Shown here piece after piece: positions 25,799-35,402 of a stretch of 56,245 nucleotides of DNA. How positions within the stretch are numbered: position 1 is the stretch's first letter; each line of letters opens with the position of its first letter. Made by a program: the position numbers and the translations under genes. Origin of the DNA: a virus (lineage: Duplodnaviria; Heunggongvirae; Uroviricota; Caudoviricetes); IMG/VR virus record IMGVR_UViG_3300032321_001382. One strand, given 5' to 3'. The notes under the pieces were generated by a model. The model made no database searches and was not told where the DNA came from. It saw nothing but the letters and a program-made list of their open reading frames with translations.

Positions 25799-27256
25799 AT
25801 GCCTAAAAGAGTCGGTAGAAAATCTGCTTCACAAACACCAGCACCTAAATCAGACAAGATTTATGGGTCAAAGAAAAATAAAACTGGTTCAGCTTCTGAA
25901 CTACAATCTAAAGGCATTAAATTATCTGAAAAAACTGAAAATACATTAAAAGAAAAGTTAACAGAATTCAAGGAAAATAACCCATCCAAGAAAAATATAT
26001 CTATTTCTGACCTCAAAGCGGTCTACAGGAGAGGTTCTGGCGCATATAGCAGCTCTCACAGACCAACTATAACGGGTGGCGCTCCAAATTCTAGGGCAGC
26101 ATGGAGTTATGCTAGGGTTAATAAGTTTTTGGAAAAGGCGGCTGGAAAACCAGTAAAAAAGGCATATGTTCAAGATGATGACTTAATGGCTAAGGGTGGT
26201 AGGGTATTTGATGATAAAGAGCTTTTATCAAGGTGGAAAAATGGGGAAAGTATCGGATTTACTGCCATATCTCATCTTAAAGCAAAGGGTTTAATACCAA
26301 GAGCAGATGGCGAAAAAAGGAAATCTGAAAAATATATGGAAGATGGTGGACAAACAAGCCAAGAAATTCAATGCGTAAATTGTGGATGGAAATGGGAAAC
26401 AGCTGATTCGGATGAACAAGATATGTATATTTGTCATCAATGTGGATTCGATAATACACTATACTATATAAATATTATGAGCAAATTAAAAAAACCAATG
26501 TCTGTTTCTGAAATTTCTCAGGAACATGGAGTTAGTACAGAATATATTGATAATCAATTAATTATAGGTATTAAGCACGAGCTTGAGCATACTGATGATG
26601 AAGGAATAGCTAGAATTATTGCTTTACACCACATCGGAGAGAAACCTAATTACTACGAATTGGTAGAAAAGTACAAGCTAGAGGACGGCGGTCAACCAAG
26701 TAAGTTTTTTCACAAAGCAGAAAAATACGAAATAGCCGATTTTATTAAAAATGAAAGGATTGCCACAAAAGAGTTACTTTGTTCTTCTGATACTAGAATA
26801 TCAAAAGCTATAATATGCCGTGCAAAAATTGATTTTTTTGAGAAAAAAGAAAGAAATACAAGCAATTTTGAGATAAAAAATGCATGGTCAGAAGTGAAAA
26901 ATATATGGGAAGATTGCCTTTTAGAAGTAAAAAATGGGGTAATATACGAATTTAAAGATGGTGGAGAGTGCGGATGTACATCAAAATCTTACAAAGATGG
27001 AGGATTGGCTTATGGGAATAGCCATGACAAAGGTGGTATGCCATTAAAAGTTGAATCTACTGGTCAAAATATAGAAATAGAGGGTGGAGAGGGGGTTATT
27101 AACAAACGCTCTATGCAGATTAAAAAAAGGATAGACTTTGAGGGTAAAAAACTAACACCTTGCCAAATTGTTTCAAAAATAAATGAAATGGGTGGTGGAG
27201 TTAAGTTTAAGTGTGAAGATGTCGAGGAAATATTGGAAAAAGATGGTAAATTTTAG
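25799..27256 (+). CDS. 485-aa mosaic protein with 5 [FYML]xxGG motifs
   Basis: MAKGG, MEDGG, LEDGG, FKDGG and YKDGG separate a DUF5824-like module (AVYRRG.GA...HRP...W.YARVN), a CxxC..CxxC zinc ribbon, a DUF5661-like module (GIKHELEHTDD..IA..IA..H..E.P.YY) and a G.SH..GG...E.EGGEGVIN module. Confidence 0.88.
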   Translation: MPKRVGRKSASQTPAPKSDKIYGSKKNKTGSASELQSKGIKLSEKTENTLKEKLTEFKENNPSKKNISISDLKAVYRRGSGAYSSSHRPTITGGAPNSRAAWSYARVNKFLEKAAGKPVKKAYVQDDDLMAKGGRVFDDKELLSRWKNGESIGFTAISHLKAKGLIPRADGEKRKSEKYMEDGGQTSQEIQCVNCGWKWETADSDEQDMYICHQCGFDNTLYYINIMSKLKKPMSVSEISQEHGVSTEYIDNQLIIGIKHELEHTDDEGIARIIALHHIGEKPNYYELVEKYKLEDGGQPSKFFHKAEKYEIADFIKNERIATKELLCSSDTRISKAIICRAKIDFFEKKERNTSNFEIKNAWSEVKNIWEDCLLEVKNGVIYEFKDGGECGCTSKSYKDGGLAYGNSHDKGGMPLKVESTGQNIEIEGGEGVINKRSMQIKKRIDFEGKKLTPCQIVSKINEMGGGVKFKCEDVEEILEKDGKF

Positions 27257-27267
27257 TAAAAAAAGTT

Positions 27268-27275
27268 TATCTTTG
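27268..27275 (+). promoter_or_regulatory. Bacteroidota -7 element (TATCTTTG)
   Basis: Upstream of ATG 27303, heading the helicase-ATPase operon. Confidence 0.65.
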
Positions 27276-27302
27276 GTTACATATAGTTTAAATTAACAAT
27301 TT

Positions 27303-27782
27303 ATGATTTTTTCTAACCCAGAAATTATTAGGGATAATAATGACATTAGGATAGGTAGTGTCCAAATGGACTCCGATGAAATATCTTTTAATAACTATAC
27401 ATTAAAAGTCAAGCATAGAATTATAAAGCTTGTTGCACAATATGTTAGAGGATTGATGGGGGAGGGATTATCATACGAAGAGGCAATAAAAGAAACGGCT
27501 GATTTAGTATATGGTTATTTAAACATATCAAAAGATGACCTATTTGCAGCAGATGAAGAACAAATTGCAGATGATATTGTAAAATCTTTTGAATATCAAA
27601 ATTGGGAAACTAAGGTTTATTATAGATTTTTAGACACTCACGTTGGCGTTACTACAAAAGAAAGCGAAATACCAGCAGGAGGTGAATTACACAAAGAAAT
27701 TTCAGAAGAAACAATTCTTCATTTAGAAACCGAAGAGTCTCTTTGGACTATTTTAGAAGCTTTAGTTTCTGCAAACCTATAA
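27303..27782 (+). CDS. Acidic hypothetical protein
   Basis: 159-aa ORF. Confidence 0.85.
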   Translation: MIFSNPEIIRDNNDIRIGSVQMDSDEISFNNYTLKVKHRIIKLVAQYVRGLMGEGLSYEEAIKETADLVYGYLNISKDDLFAADEEQIADDIVKSFEYQNWETKVYYRFLDTHVGVTTKESEIPAGGELHKEISEETILHLETEESLWTILEALVSANL

Positions 27783-27786
27783 CACA

Positions 27787-30700
27787 ATGGCAGAACAAAC
27801 ATTAGATTCATTAACCGAACACCTTGAGAATGATGCATTAAGGATTGAAAGAGCAGCTTCAATAGAGGAAAAGGTTAAAGCACAAGAAGAGGAGGGTTAT
27901 GATGGTTTTTCGGATGAGAAACTTAAATTAATACCTTCTCCAAATTTTACTGGATGTAATTCGGTTGGCACAATGTTGCCTATTAATATGGCTGATGAGA
28001 CGGTAACTAATTTATCTCAATTATCACAGCAATTTGATTTCATAACCTTTATTAAAGAAAAACTAGGTTATGCTTCGAATATTAAAGTTTGTCAATCATT
28101 TGCTAGTGAGCAAATTGACGCACTAGTTTTAGCGATAAAATCTTTTGAAAAAAACAATGCTTTTATTTTGGGAGATATGGCTGGTATTGGAAAGGGTCGT
28201 GTATGTGCGGGGGTATTAAGATACGCATATCAAAATGGTTTTATTCCAGTTTTTATAACACATAAACCATATTTATTAAACGATATATATAGGGATATTA
28301 AAGATATAGATGGGTTTGGATATGATAAAAATAATAATAAAATCATGCCACAACCATTCATCTTGCATCAAGACGGTATTATTAATGATAGAGATGGAAA
28401 ATTAATAGCCGTTCCACCATCTGGTAAAAGTACAAATGAAATATGCAAAGCGGTTAGTGAAAAGGCAGAAAAAAGAAGCATTATTGAATTACCAAAAGAA
28501 TATAATTGTGTTTTCTTGCCTTATTCTACCATATCAATGAGCAAAAGCCCAATTAAACAAAATTTTTTAGAGGCTATTGCTCCAAAATGTATTTTTGTTT
28601 TTGACGAAAGCCATAACGCTGCATCATCAAAATTAGATTCTAATATATTGAAGAGGGCAATACCTATCGTGAATGCATCAAAAGCTGTATTATTTAGCTC
28701 TGCAACATACGCTAAGACACCTTATGTTTTCGGATTATATGTTGTTAAAACAGCACTAGCATCAGCAGTTCCATCTTTAGATAGCATAACCGATGCATTA
28801 AAAGTTGGTGGTGAGAATGTTTCCGAATATATCGCTAGTGGATTGGTAAAAGAGGGTCAAATGATTAGAAGAGAGAGGAGTTTTGGGGATTGCAAAAAAG
28901 TAACTGATTATGTCGGAACAACTAGAAGTTTAGACGTTTTAGGTAGAACGGTATATAATCAATTACAAGATGATACACAAAGACAATTTTATGATGAGGC
29001 TATTGGATATTTTAAGGAATTAAGAGACTTTTCAAAAAGTGACTTATCTAAAAATGCTGTTTTAAGAGCAGTTCTTAGACAATGTACATTACAAGGGAAA
29101 GAGATAATAGATTCGAGTTTATATTATGCAGCAAAAACATCAGCATCAGATAGTACCGCTAGGGATATTTTTAAAAGAGAATATAGGGGTAAATGGATTG
29201 TTACTTCTAGCATATCTGATTCAATTTCAAGATATAAGCAAACATTTCGTGAAAATTTATTTTTAGCTATTAAAGCAAAATATGCTGCCGATAAAATAAT
29301 AGAATCATTATTAACCCCAGTAAATTATACCAACGTAGATGGTACTATGCACAATGCACCAATGAAACCATTGATTGCAATAAGAAATACTGGAGAGGCA
29401 ATATTCAATGAATTAAAGCTTGAAGATGGCGATGAGATTAACAATGATTTTGCAGAATATTTGAGAGCTATTTATTTAAAAATGTTTTCTGGAACATTTG
29501 TAATTCGTAAAGTTGATAATAATATTTTCGAATCAGTATCAAGCTTATTAGATAGGGATGCTGATTTTGAAGAAGCGAAACTTGAATATGAAGTCGAATT
29601 ATCTGATTTCTCAGACAATGGTGAAAGAATTACCGAAATACAATCAAGATTAAACTCGTATACATCTAATATACCATTTTCAGTTATAGATTATTTAAGA
29701 AATAGAATAGAAACAACTGAAAGACCAAGTTTTTATTATACCGATGGCAATAATATTTATCCAAAATACGGACAAGCTGCTAGTAGTAACTTTATAATGG
29801 GAGAAGGAACTTCTAGAAACCATATGTTGAAATATAATCCAGAATCTGGTAAGTGGGCTTATATTAAAAACGAAAGGGAAAAGAGTACAACGCAATTATT
29901 TAGAGCGTTTAATAATGGCGCAATTGATGTTATGATGATAAACGTTGTTGCTTCTACTGGTGGTTCTGCTCAGAGTTCGCCAGCCGAGGGTATTGATACA
30001 AGACCAAGAAATATGTTTATTATTCAATTTGAGTTGGATATAAATACTGAAGTTCAAAAGAGAGGTAGGATTAATAGAACTGGGCAATTAAATAGTCCAA
30101 CTTATACATATGTTATTAGTAAAATACCAGTAGAACTTAGAACATACTTAATGTTTAGAAAGAAACTAAGGAAATTAGATGCCAATACAAGTGCAGACCA
30201 AACAGCTTCTTCTCAAACATCTGAGATAACTGACGATAAGGGTAAAACAGTTGAAGATATTTTTAATTCATATGGTTTTGATGTTTTTAGTAAAGATTTC
30301 ATTGACCTAGCTCAAAACATAGAATATAAGGTAATTTACGATGATTTAAACTTTAGATTTAAAAATAGTAGAGCTGCTGGGCAAGCCGAGCAAGAGGAAT
30401 TTAATATTGAATCTTTTAATGCATTTGTTAGAGAATTGGAGCTTTATCCAGCTGAATTCCAAGAGAACTTCTTTAATCAAATGAATGAAAAATATACTGA
30501 TAAAATAAATCAGTTAAAAGCAACAAATGAGTATCAGCTTGAATTAGAAGCTAAAAACTACAAAGCAGCATTAAAACAAAGAGTTGTTATTGGTTTGAAT
30601 AGCGGAGATACGGTATTTTCATTACCATTGTTCATAACGGATTATTATACATTAGATGATAAGAGAGTTTGGAGTAAAGATAGGGTTCAGCAAAAAGTAA

Positions 30701-32535
30701 CAGAATTGGCAACACTTCCAGATGGAAGAACTTTAACACCAAGAGAGTTTCATATTGCCCTAATTGAAGATTATCAAGAAGAATGGCAAAGGTCACAAGC
30801 TATATTATTAGAGAATTACAGAGCCACATCTGAACCAAAAAGAGAGGATTTTGATGATGGAGATACGTATGCAGTTGCTATGGAAAGATTTATGGCAAGA
30901 GAGGGAGCTTTGAGGATTAGAGAAAGAGAGGATAAAAATAAGATGTTAGACTTGATGCGCTTCTTTACACCGAATAAGGCTGTTCAGTTTGAGGGTAATG
31001 ATGGAATATTTGTAGGTTATAAAATAAAGGATACTGGTTCAAGATTCAAATATTCTAATGGAAGTATTGAGTTCTTATTCTGCTTTTTATCAAAATATCC
31101 AATCTTACACTTCAAGGTAAGTTCTGATTACGAAAACTTGAATTTAATTAAAAATGTATCAAGTTTATTTGGTGGAGATAGGCTAAATAGGGCAATACAA
31201 GAATGGAAGCCCGACTATAATAAAAGAACTATTAAAAGATTCTTATCTGGAAATATATTGAGTGGTATTATTGAAGCTAATAAGAAAAAAATAGCTGGTG
31301 ACATAACTGGATGGTCTTTAACTAGATTTACAAATATTGATGGAACATTGAATACGGCTGTTCAATTAAAGTTTGAAAAAGACTTGCCAGCAAGTACTTA
31401 CATACAAAGCTCTAGTCAAAGTTTATCTATTACATCAGATAACATTGATTTTATAGAGTATGTAAAAATGATACCTAATTCTTATAATGATATATATCCT
31501 ATTTGGAATATAGAAAACGATAAAGCAATCGATAGGTCACTTTGCATAATCAAGAGGAGAAGTTACACAAGCGCAACTGATATTATTTCTATTGAAATTT
31601 TACAACAATATGTAAGAGACAAAAGCGGTAATATTAAAGAAATAGTTATACCAGCAAGTGGTATTGCTCCATCAAGATATAATCATATATATCACGATAA
31701 TTTATTCTTAGATACATATAGGGAATATCAAATAGATAATGGTGTTAAGAGGTCAATAGAATATGGCAAAAAGATAACTTACGAGAAGTCTAGAAGTGGA
31801 GGAACTTCAATAAAGACTGCTTTTAATAAAATGACCGTTAACATAAAGTCTTATAATTTTGATTTATCTAATCCATCTGGATATGAGGCTTGTAAAAATT
31901 TCTTTACAGAATTGCATACCAAATACGATATGGCTTTTAATTTCAGAAGTAGTAATAGTGATTACTATAACATTGATAATCAAGCTGATATATTTGACCC
32001 AATAAAAAAAGTTGAAAACAAAAAATCATTTGAAGAAGGTGTTTATCAATATAGATTTATTAGAAAAGTTTCAGATGCAATCATAGATAGTATTCCAAAT
32101 GTAATCAATAGGACATATGAAGGAGCTAATGGGGGTATGGAATTAAGCTATCCTATGACTCCAACGCTTCTTCCATCATATGAAATGAAACCTTATAAGT
32201 TCCCTAATGAGGTAATGATTAAGCTAGTATTTTCTATATTAAATGATGCTCAAAAATTAGAATTCGCAAAAAAATTAGAAGATAAGGCTCAAACAGATGA
32301 TGCTTATGAAATTGGACAATTTGTAAGTTCATATCTATCAGACAAAACCGTGAATATTATATACTTTGTTGGTGACTTGAGAACATCGGAATATGGACTT
32401 ATATTCAAAGAATATGCTCTGAAAAATGATGTAAAACAAATTTTCTTTGAAGAAAAAGAGGAAATAATTAAAAAAGATTCTAAAACAAAGGTAACTTTTG
32501 AAGATGCCGAAAAATTTTTATTTGCACTTATATAA
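27787..32535 (+). CDS. Strawberry-notch-family SF2 helicase (AAA_34 plus Helicase_C_4) with a long C-terminal extension
   Basis: AFILGDMAGIGKGR, FVFDESHN, LFSSATYA and Q.RGRINRTGQ. Confidence 0.9.
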   Translation: MAEQTLDSLTEHLENDALRIERAASIEEKVKAQEEEGYDGFSDEKLKLIPSPNFTGCNSVGTMLPINMADETVTNLSQLSQQFDFITFIKEKLGYASNIKVCQSFASEQIDALVLAIKSFEKNNAFILGDMAGIGKGRVCAGVLRYAYQNGFIPVFITHKPYLLNDIYRDIKDIDGFGYDKNNNKIMPQPFILHQDGIINDRDGKLIAVPPSGKSTNEICKAVSEKAEKRSIIELPKEYNCVFLPYSTISMSKSPIKQNFLEAIAPKCIFVFDESHNAASSKLDSNILKRAIPIVNASKAVLFSSATYAKTPYVFGLYVVKTALASAVPSLDSITDALKVGGENVSEYIASGLVKEGQMIRRERSFGDCKKVTDYVGTTRSLDVLGRTVYNQLQDDTQRQFYDEAIGYFKELRDFSKSDLSKNAVLRAVLRQCTLQGKEIIDSSLYYAAKTSASDSTARDIFKREYRGKWIVTSSISDSISRYKQTFRENLFLAIKAKYAADKIIESLLTPVNYTNVDGTMHNAPMKPLIAIRNTGEAIFNELKLEDGDEINNDFAEYLRAIYLKMFSGTFVIRKVDNNIFESVSSLLDRDADFEEAKLEYEVELSDFSDNGERITEIQSRLNSYTSNIPFSVIDYLRNRIETTERPSFYYTDGNNIYPKYGQAASSNFIMGEGTSRNHMLKYNPESGKWAYIKNEREKSTTQLFRAFNNGAIDVMMINVVASTGGSAQSSPAEGIDTRPRNMFIIQFELDINTEVQKRGRINRTGQLNSPTYTYVISKIPVELRTYLMFRKKLRKLDANTSADQTASSQTSEITDDKGKTVEDIFNSYGFDVFSKDFIDLAQNIEYKVIYDDLNFRFKNSRAAGQAEQEEFNIESFNAFVRELELYPAEFQENFFNQMNEKYTDKINQLKATNEYQLELEAKNYKAALKQRVVIGLNSGDTVFSLPLFITDYYTLDDKRVWSKDRVQQKVTELATLPDGRTLTPREFHIALIEDYQEEWQRSQAILLENYRATSEPKREDFDDGDTYAVAMERFMAREGALRIREREDKNKMLDLMRFFTPNKAVQFEGNDGIFVGYKIKDTGSRFKYSNGSIEFLFCFLSKYPILHFKVSSDYENLNLIKNVSSLFGGDRLNRAIQEWKPDYNKRTIKRFLSGNILSGIIEANKKKIAGDITGWSLTRFTNIDGTLNTAVQLKFEKDLPASTYIQSSSQSLSITSDNIDFIEYVKMIPNSYNDIYPIWNIENDKAIDRSLCIIKRRSYTSATDIISIEILQQYVRDKSGNIKEIVIPASGIAPSRYNHIYHDNLFLDTYREYQIDNGVKRSIEYGKKITYEKSRSGGTSIKTAFNKMTVNIKSYNFDLSNPSGYEACKNFFTELHTKYDMAFNFRSSNSDYYNIDNQADIFDPIKKVENKKSFEEGVYQYRFIRKVSDAIIDSIPNVINRTYEGANGGMELSYPMTPTLLPSYEMKPYKFPNEVMIKLVFSILNDAQKLEFAKKLEDKAQTDDAYEIGQFVSSYLSDKTVNIIYFVGDLRTSEYGLIFKEYALKNDVKQIFFEEKEEIIKKDSKTKVTFEDAEKFLFALI

Positions 32536-32544
32536 TAAATATAT

Positions 32545-33747
32545 ATGGAAAACAACGAAATCATACAACAAGTAATTGACACAATTAGAACTGACATTTT
32601 AACTAATAAGCAATTCTTAAAATCTATTTTATCTGATATACAATTAACAGAACAAAATATCGACCCAAATTTAATATTAAAACTTATGGCAGAATTAAAT
32701 GCACAACAACAAGCGCCAAGACCAGTTTCAAATGCACCAAAATCTAAAGGCGAAAAAGGTAAAGCGGTAGCAAGACCAATCGCTATTGGCGAAGGAAGTA
32801 CAGAAGCTCAAATAGTTTCAGACTTACTAGAAGGAAACAATGTTTACCTTATGGGTAAAGCTGGTACTGGTAAAACATATTTAGCAAAAGCTATTGCAGA
32901 ATCCGTAATGGGACAACCAGTTTATATTATTAACTGCTCTCAATGGACATCTCCTATTGAAATTCGTGGTGGACAAACTATCAAGGGATATGAAGAGGGG
33001 CAATTGATTAAAGCATGGGCAAATGGTGGTATTTTAATATTAGATGAGTTACCTAAATTAGACCCAAATACGGCTGGTTTATTGAATGATGCACTTGCTG
33101 AAGCTGCTGCTCAACCAAAATATGATGCAGATGGTAAGGTTATTGAGTCTACTGTGCCAATTATCGTGAATGGTAAGGGTCAAAAAATTAAAAAAGGGCA
33201 AGACCAAGAAGATGAAAACATAAAATATAGATTTTGTGTAATTGGTACTGGTAATACCGATATGATGAATGTTGGTAATAAATATGGTGGAAACCAAAGA
33301 CAAGACTATTCATTAGTGGATAGATTTGCGGGTTCTTTCTATACTTTAGATGCCGACCCAATAAAAGAGAAAGAATTGACATATCCGTATGTATTTGGAG
33401 TAGCCAATGCCATGCGTAAATTCTTGAATAATATTGATGCAGTTCAATCAATTTCACTTCGTACTATGTTGAATTTCAATAGAACATACGAACAAGAAAT
33501 GTTATATAAAATAGAGAGTCCTTTTGCTGATGATATTTATAGCAATGATGGTAGACAAGTCGCTCCTAAAAGTGTAGAAGATAGTATAGCAAGCTTTTTG
33601 AGTATCTTAGAACCTAATATGAGAAAACAATTAGAAGACGACCCCGATTTTAGACAAGAAAGAAATAGAAAACCAGATGACGAAACTTTTATTAGACAAT
33701 TTCAGGCAAAATACGGCTTAAATCCAAGAACTGGAAAGGCTATCTAA
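32545..33747 (+). CDS. MoxR/CbbQ-like AAA+ ATPase
   Basis: Walker A GKAGTGKT, Walker B LILDE, GTGNT and QDYSLVDRF. Confidence 0.9.
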   Translation: MENNEIIQQVIDTIRTDILTNKQFLKSILSDIQLTEQNIDPNLILKLMAELNAQQQAPRPVSNAPKSKGEKGKAVARPIAIGEGSTEAQIVSDLLEGNNVYLMGKAGTGKTYLAKAIAESVMGQPVYIINCSQWTSPIEIRGGQTIKGYEEGQLIKAWANGGILILDELPKLDPNTAGLLNDALAEAAAQPKYDADGKVIESTVPIIVNGKGQKIKKGQDQEDENIKYRFCVIGTGNTDMMNVGNKYGGNQRQDYSLVDRFAGSFYTLDADPIKEKELTYPYVFGVANAMRKFLNNIDAVQSISLRTMLNFNRTYEQEMLYKIESPFADDIYSNDGRQVAPKSVEDSIASFLSILEPNMRKQLEDDPDFRQERNRKPDDETFIRQFQAKYGLNPRTGKAI

Positions 33748-33757
33748 ATAATATATA

Positions 33758-35116
33758 ATGTCAGCAAGCTCAATAGGTTATTCAGCAAAACCTAGTGGTT
33801 ATACCAACTATAGCATTATGTCTTTCCCAAGTTGGAGAGCATTGCAGGATTTTGCCTTCAAGGTAAAAGAAAAGATGCCTAGTAGGGTTGCCGAACAAGC
33901 AAATAGGAACTTTAAGACGTATATTGAAAGCACTCTTAGAGGTCAGGGTGATAAGAAAGCATATGGGCTTTTTGGTAAACAACCTAAAACATACGAAGAG
34001 GCTATGTCTAGGGATAAGTTTATTTATTACAAGGAATATGATGAAATAAAGAAAGAGGTAGAGAAAAAAGTACAAGAAAATCTTGCAAAATCTTCAGAAG
34101 CGGAAGCTATGAAACCAAAACTTGTCTTTAATGACAAAGAAATTGGAGATTTTGTATTTGACAGAGCCGCTATGTCTTTACAGCCCGAAATTTATCATTA
34201 TAACCCAAAATCAAAAAAAGAAGTAGATATACTTACTCAAAAAATAGTTTATAAGGGAGATAAGATGTTTTTAGAAAGCGACAATTCTCCAGTAGTATTT
34301 GCATTTAAGGTTCAAAAAGAAGATGGAACAGAGGAATTTGTGGAAATTGAAGGAGAAGAATCTTTGGAGAAAGCCACTAAATTGGGTGTATTAGATTGTA
34401 CTAGTAATAATAAGAAAGTATATTTATATAAAGAGAAGAAGCCAAGGATTACTAATTCGGTTAAAATTGTAGTTGGATTAACAGTCGGTGGTTTTACAAG
34501 ATGGGAAAATGACTTTTACACTGGCGTTACAGCTGGAGTTTTGGTTGAAGTTTTGGAAAGTTTAGGATATTCTGTTGACGTAGAGGTTGCAGTTGGTGGT
34601 GGTAGATGCGGCGGTTGTGATAGAAAATTGAATTTTAATGGACAATTGGGAGCTGGTAGAAGATTTTTCGTATTTACAGCAAAAGACTTTAATACTCCAT
34701 TGGATAAAGATGGCTTATTATATACCCTAGCAGACCCTTCTTTTCATAATATAAAATTTGTTTCTTTATTAAACTACTTTTTTACATTTTTTGGAGATGA
34801 AATTGATACTATGGATGAATCATCCACTGGTTCAAGATATACAAGAAATGGAAATCCAGCTGGAACATGGCATGGTATTGCAGAATACGACATGATAAAT
34901 CCTATTGGTATGTATGAAAAGAATTTAGATTTTAAGAAGGGTAATAAAAACTTATTCCATTTTTATATTAATGGATATGGAAATGGTAATCCTCAAACAC
35001 AAATAAAGAATAAACAAGATGTTATTTCTGCAGTAACTGATTTGGTTTTAACTTGTGAAAATAGAAATTTAGAAGCACTTAAAAAATACTCATCATATGA
35101 CTTCGGAGAAGATTGA
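33758..35116 (+). CDS. vWA-like partner of the MoxR ATPase (degenerate MIDAS)
   Basis: Position after the ATPase; KIVVGLTVGG...AGVLVEVLESLGYSVDVEV resembles phage vWA partners. Confidence 0.6.
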   Translation: MSASSIGYSAKPSGYTNYSIMSFPSWRALQDFAFKVKEKMPSRVAEQANRNFKTYIESTLRGQGDKKAYGLFGKQPKTYEEAMSRDKFIYYKEYDEIKKEVEKKVQENLAKSSEAEAMKPKLVFNDKEIGDFVFDRAAMSLQPEIYHYNPKSKKEVDILTQKIVYKGDKMFLESDNSPVVFAFKVQKEDGTEEFVEIEGEESLEKATKLGVLDCTSNNKKVYLYKEKKPRITNSVKIVVGLTVGGFTRWENDFYTGVTAGVLVEVLESLGYSVDVEVAVGGGRCGGCDRKLNFNGQLGAGRRFFVFTAKDFNTPLDKDGLLYTLADPSFHNIKFVSLLNYFFTFFGDEIDTMDESSTGSRYTRNGNPAGTWHGIAEYDMINPIGMYEKNLDFKKGNKNLFHFYINGYGNGNPQTQIKNKQDVISAVTDLVLTCENRNLEALKKYSSYDFGED

Positions 35117-35402
35117 TAAAATAGCCTCAAAGGCAAAAGAAATGAGATTCCAAGCGTCAAGAGGGTACAGCACTCATGCTGCGTCATCTTTGCCGTATGA
35201 GCAACTTATAGTCGTTTGTGATGATTACCCAGATTTTATATTTTTAGTTAATAAAAATATGCATTTTGAAAGAAATTCGATAAATAATAGCTCTTATGAT
35301 ATAATTTCATTTGATAAAAATGGTGATTACGTTAAAAAAGAAGATGTTGCCGATTTTGATAGGAGTTTTTTCAGGGATATGAAAGTTATAAAAAAAGTTT
35401 AA
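35097..35402 (+). CDS. Hypothetical protein
   Basis: 101-aa ORF in operon. Confidence 0.7.
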   Translation: MTSEKIDKIASKAKEMRFQASRGYSTHAASSLPYEQLIVVCDDYPDFIFLVNKNMHFERNSINNSSYDIISFDKNGDYVKKEDVADFDRSFFRDMKVIKKV

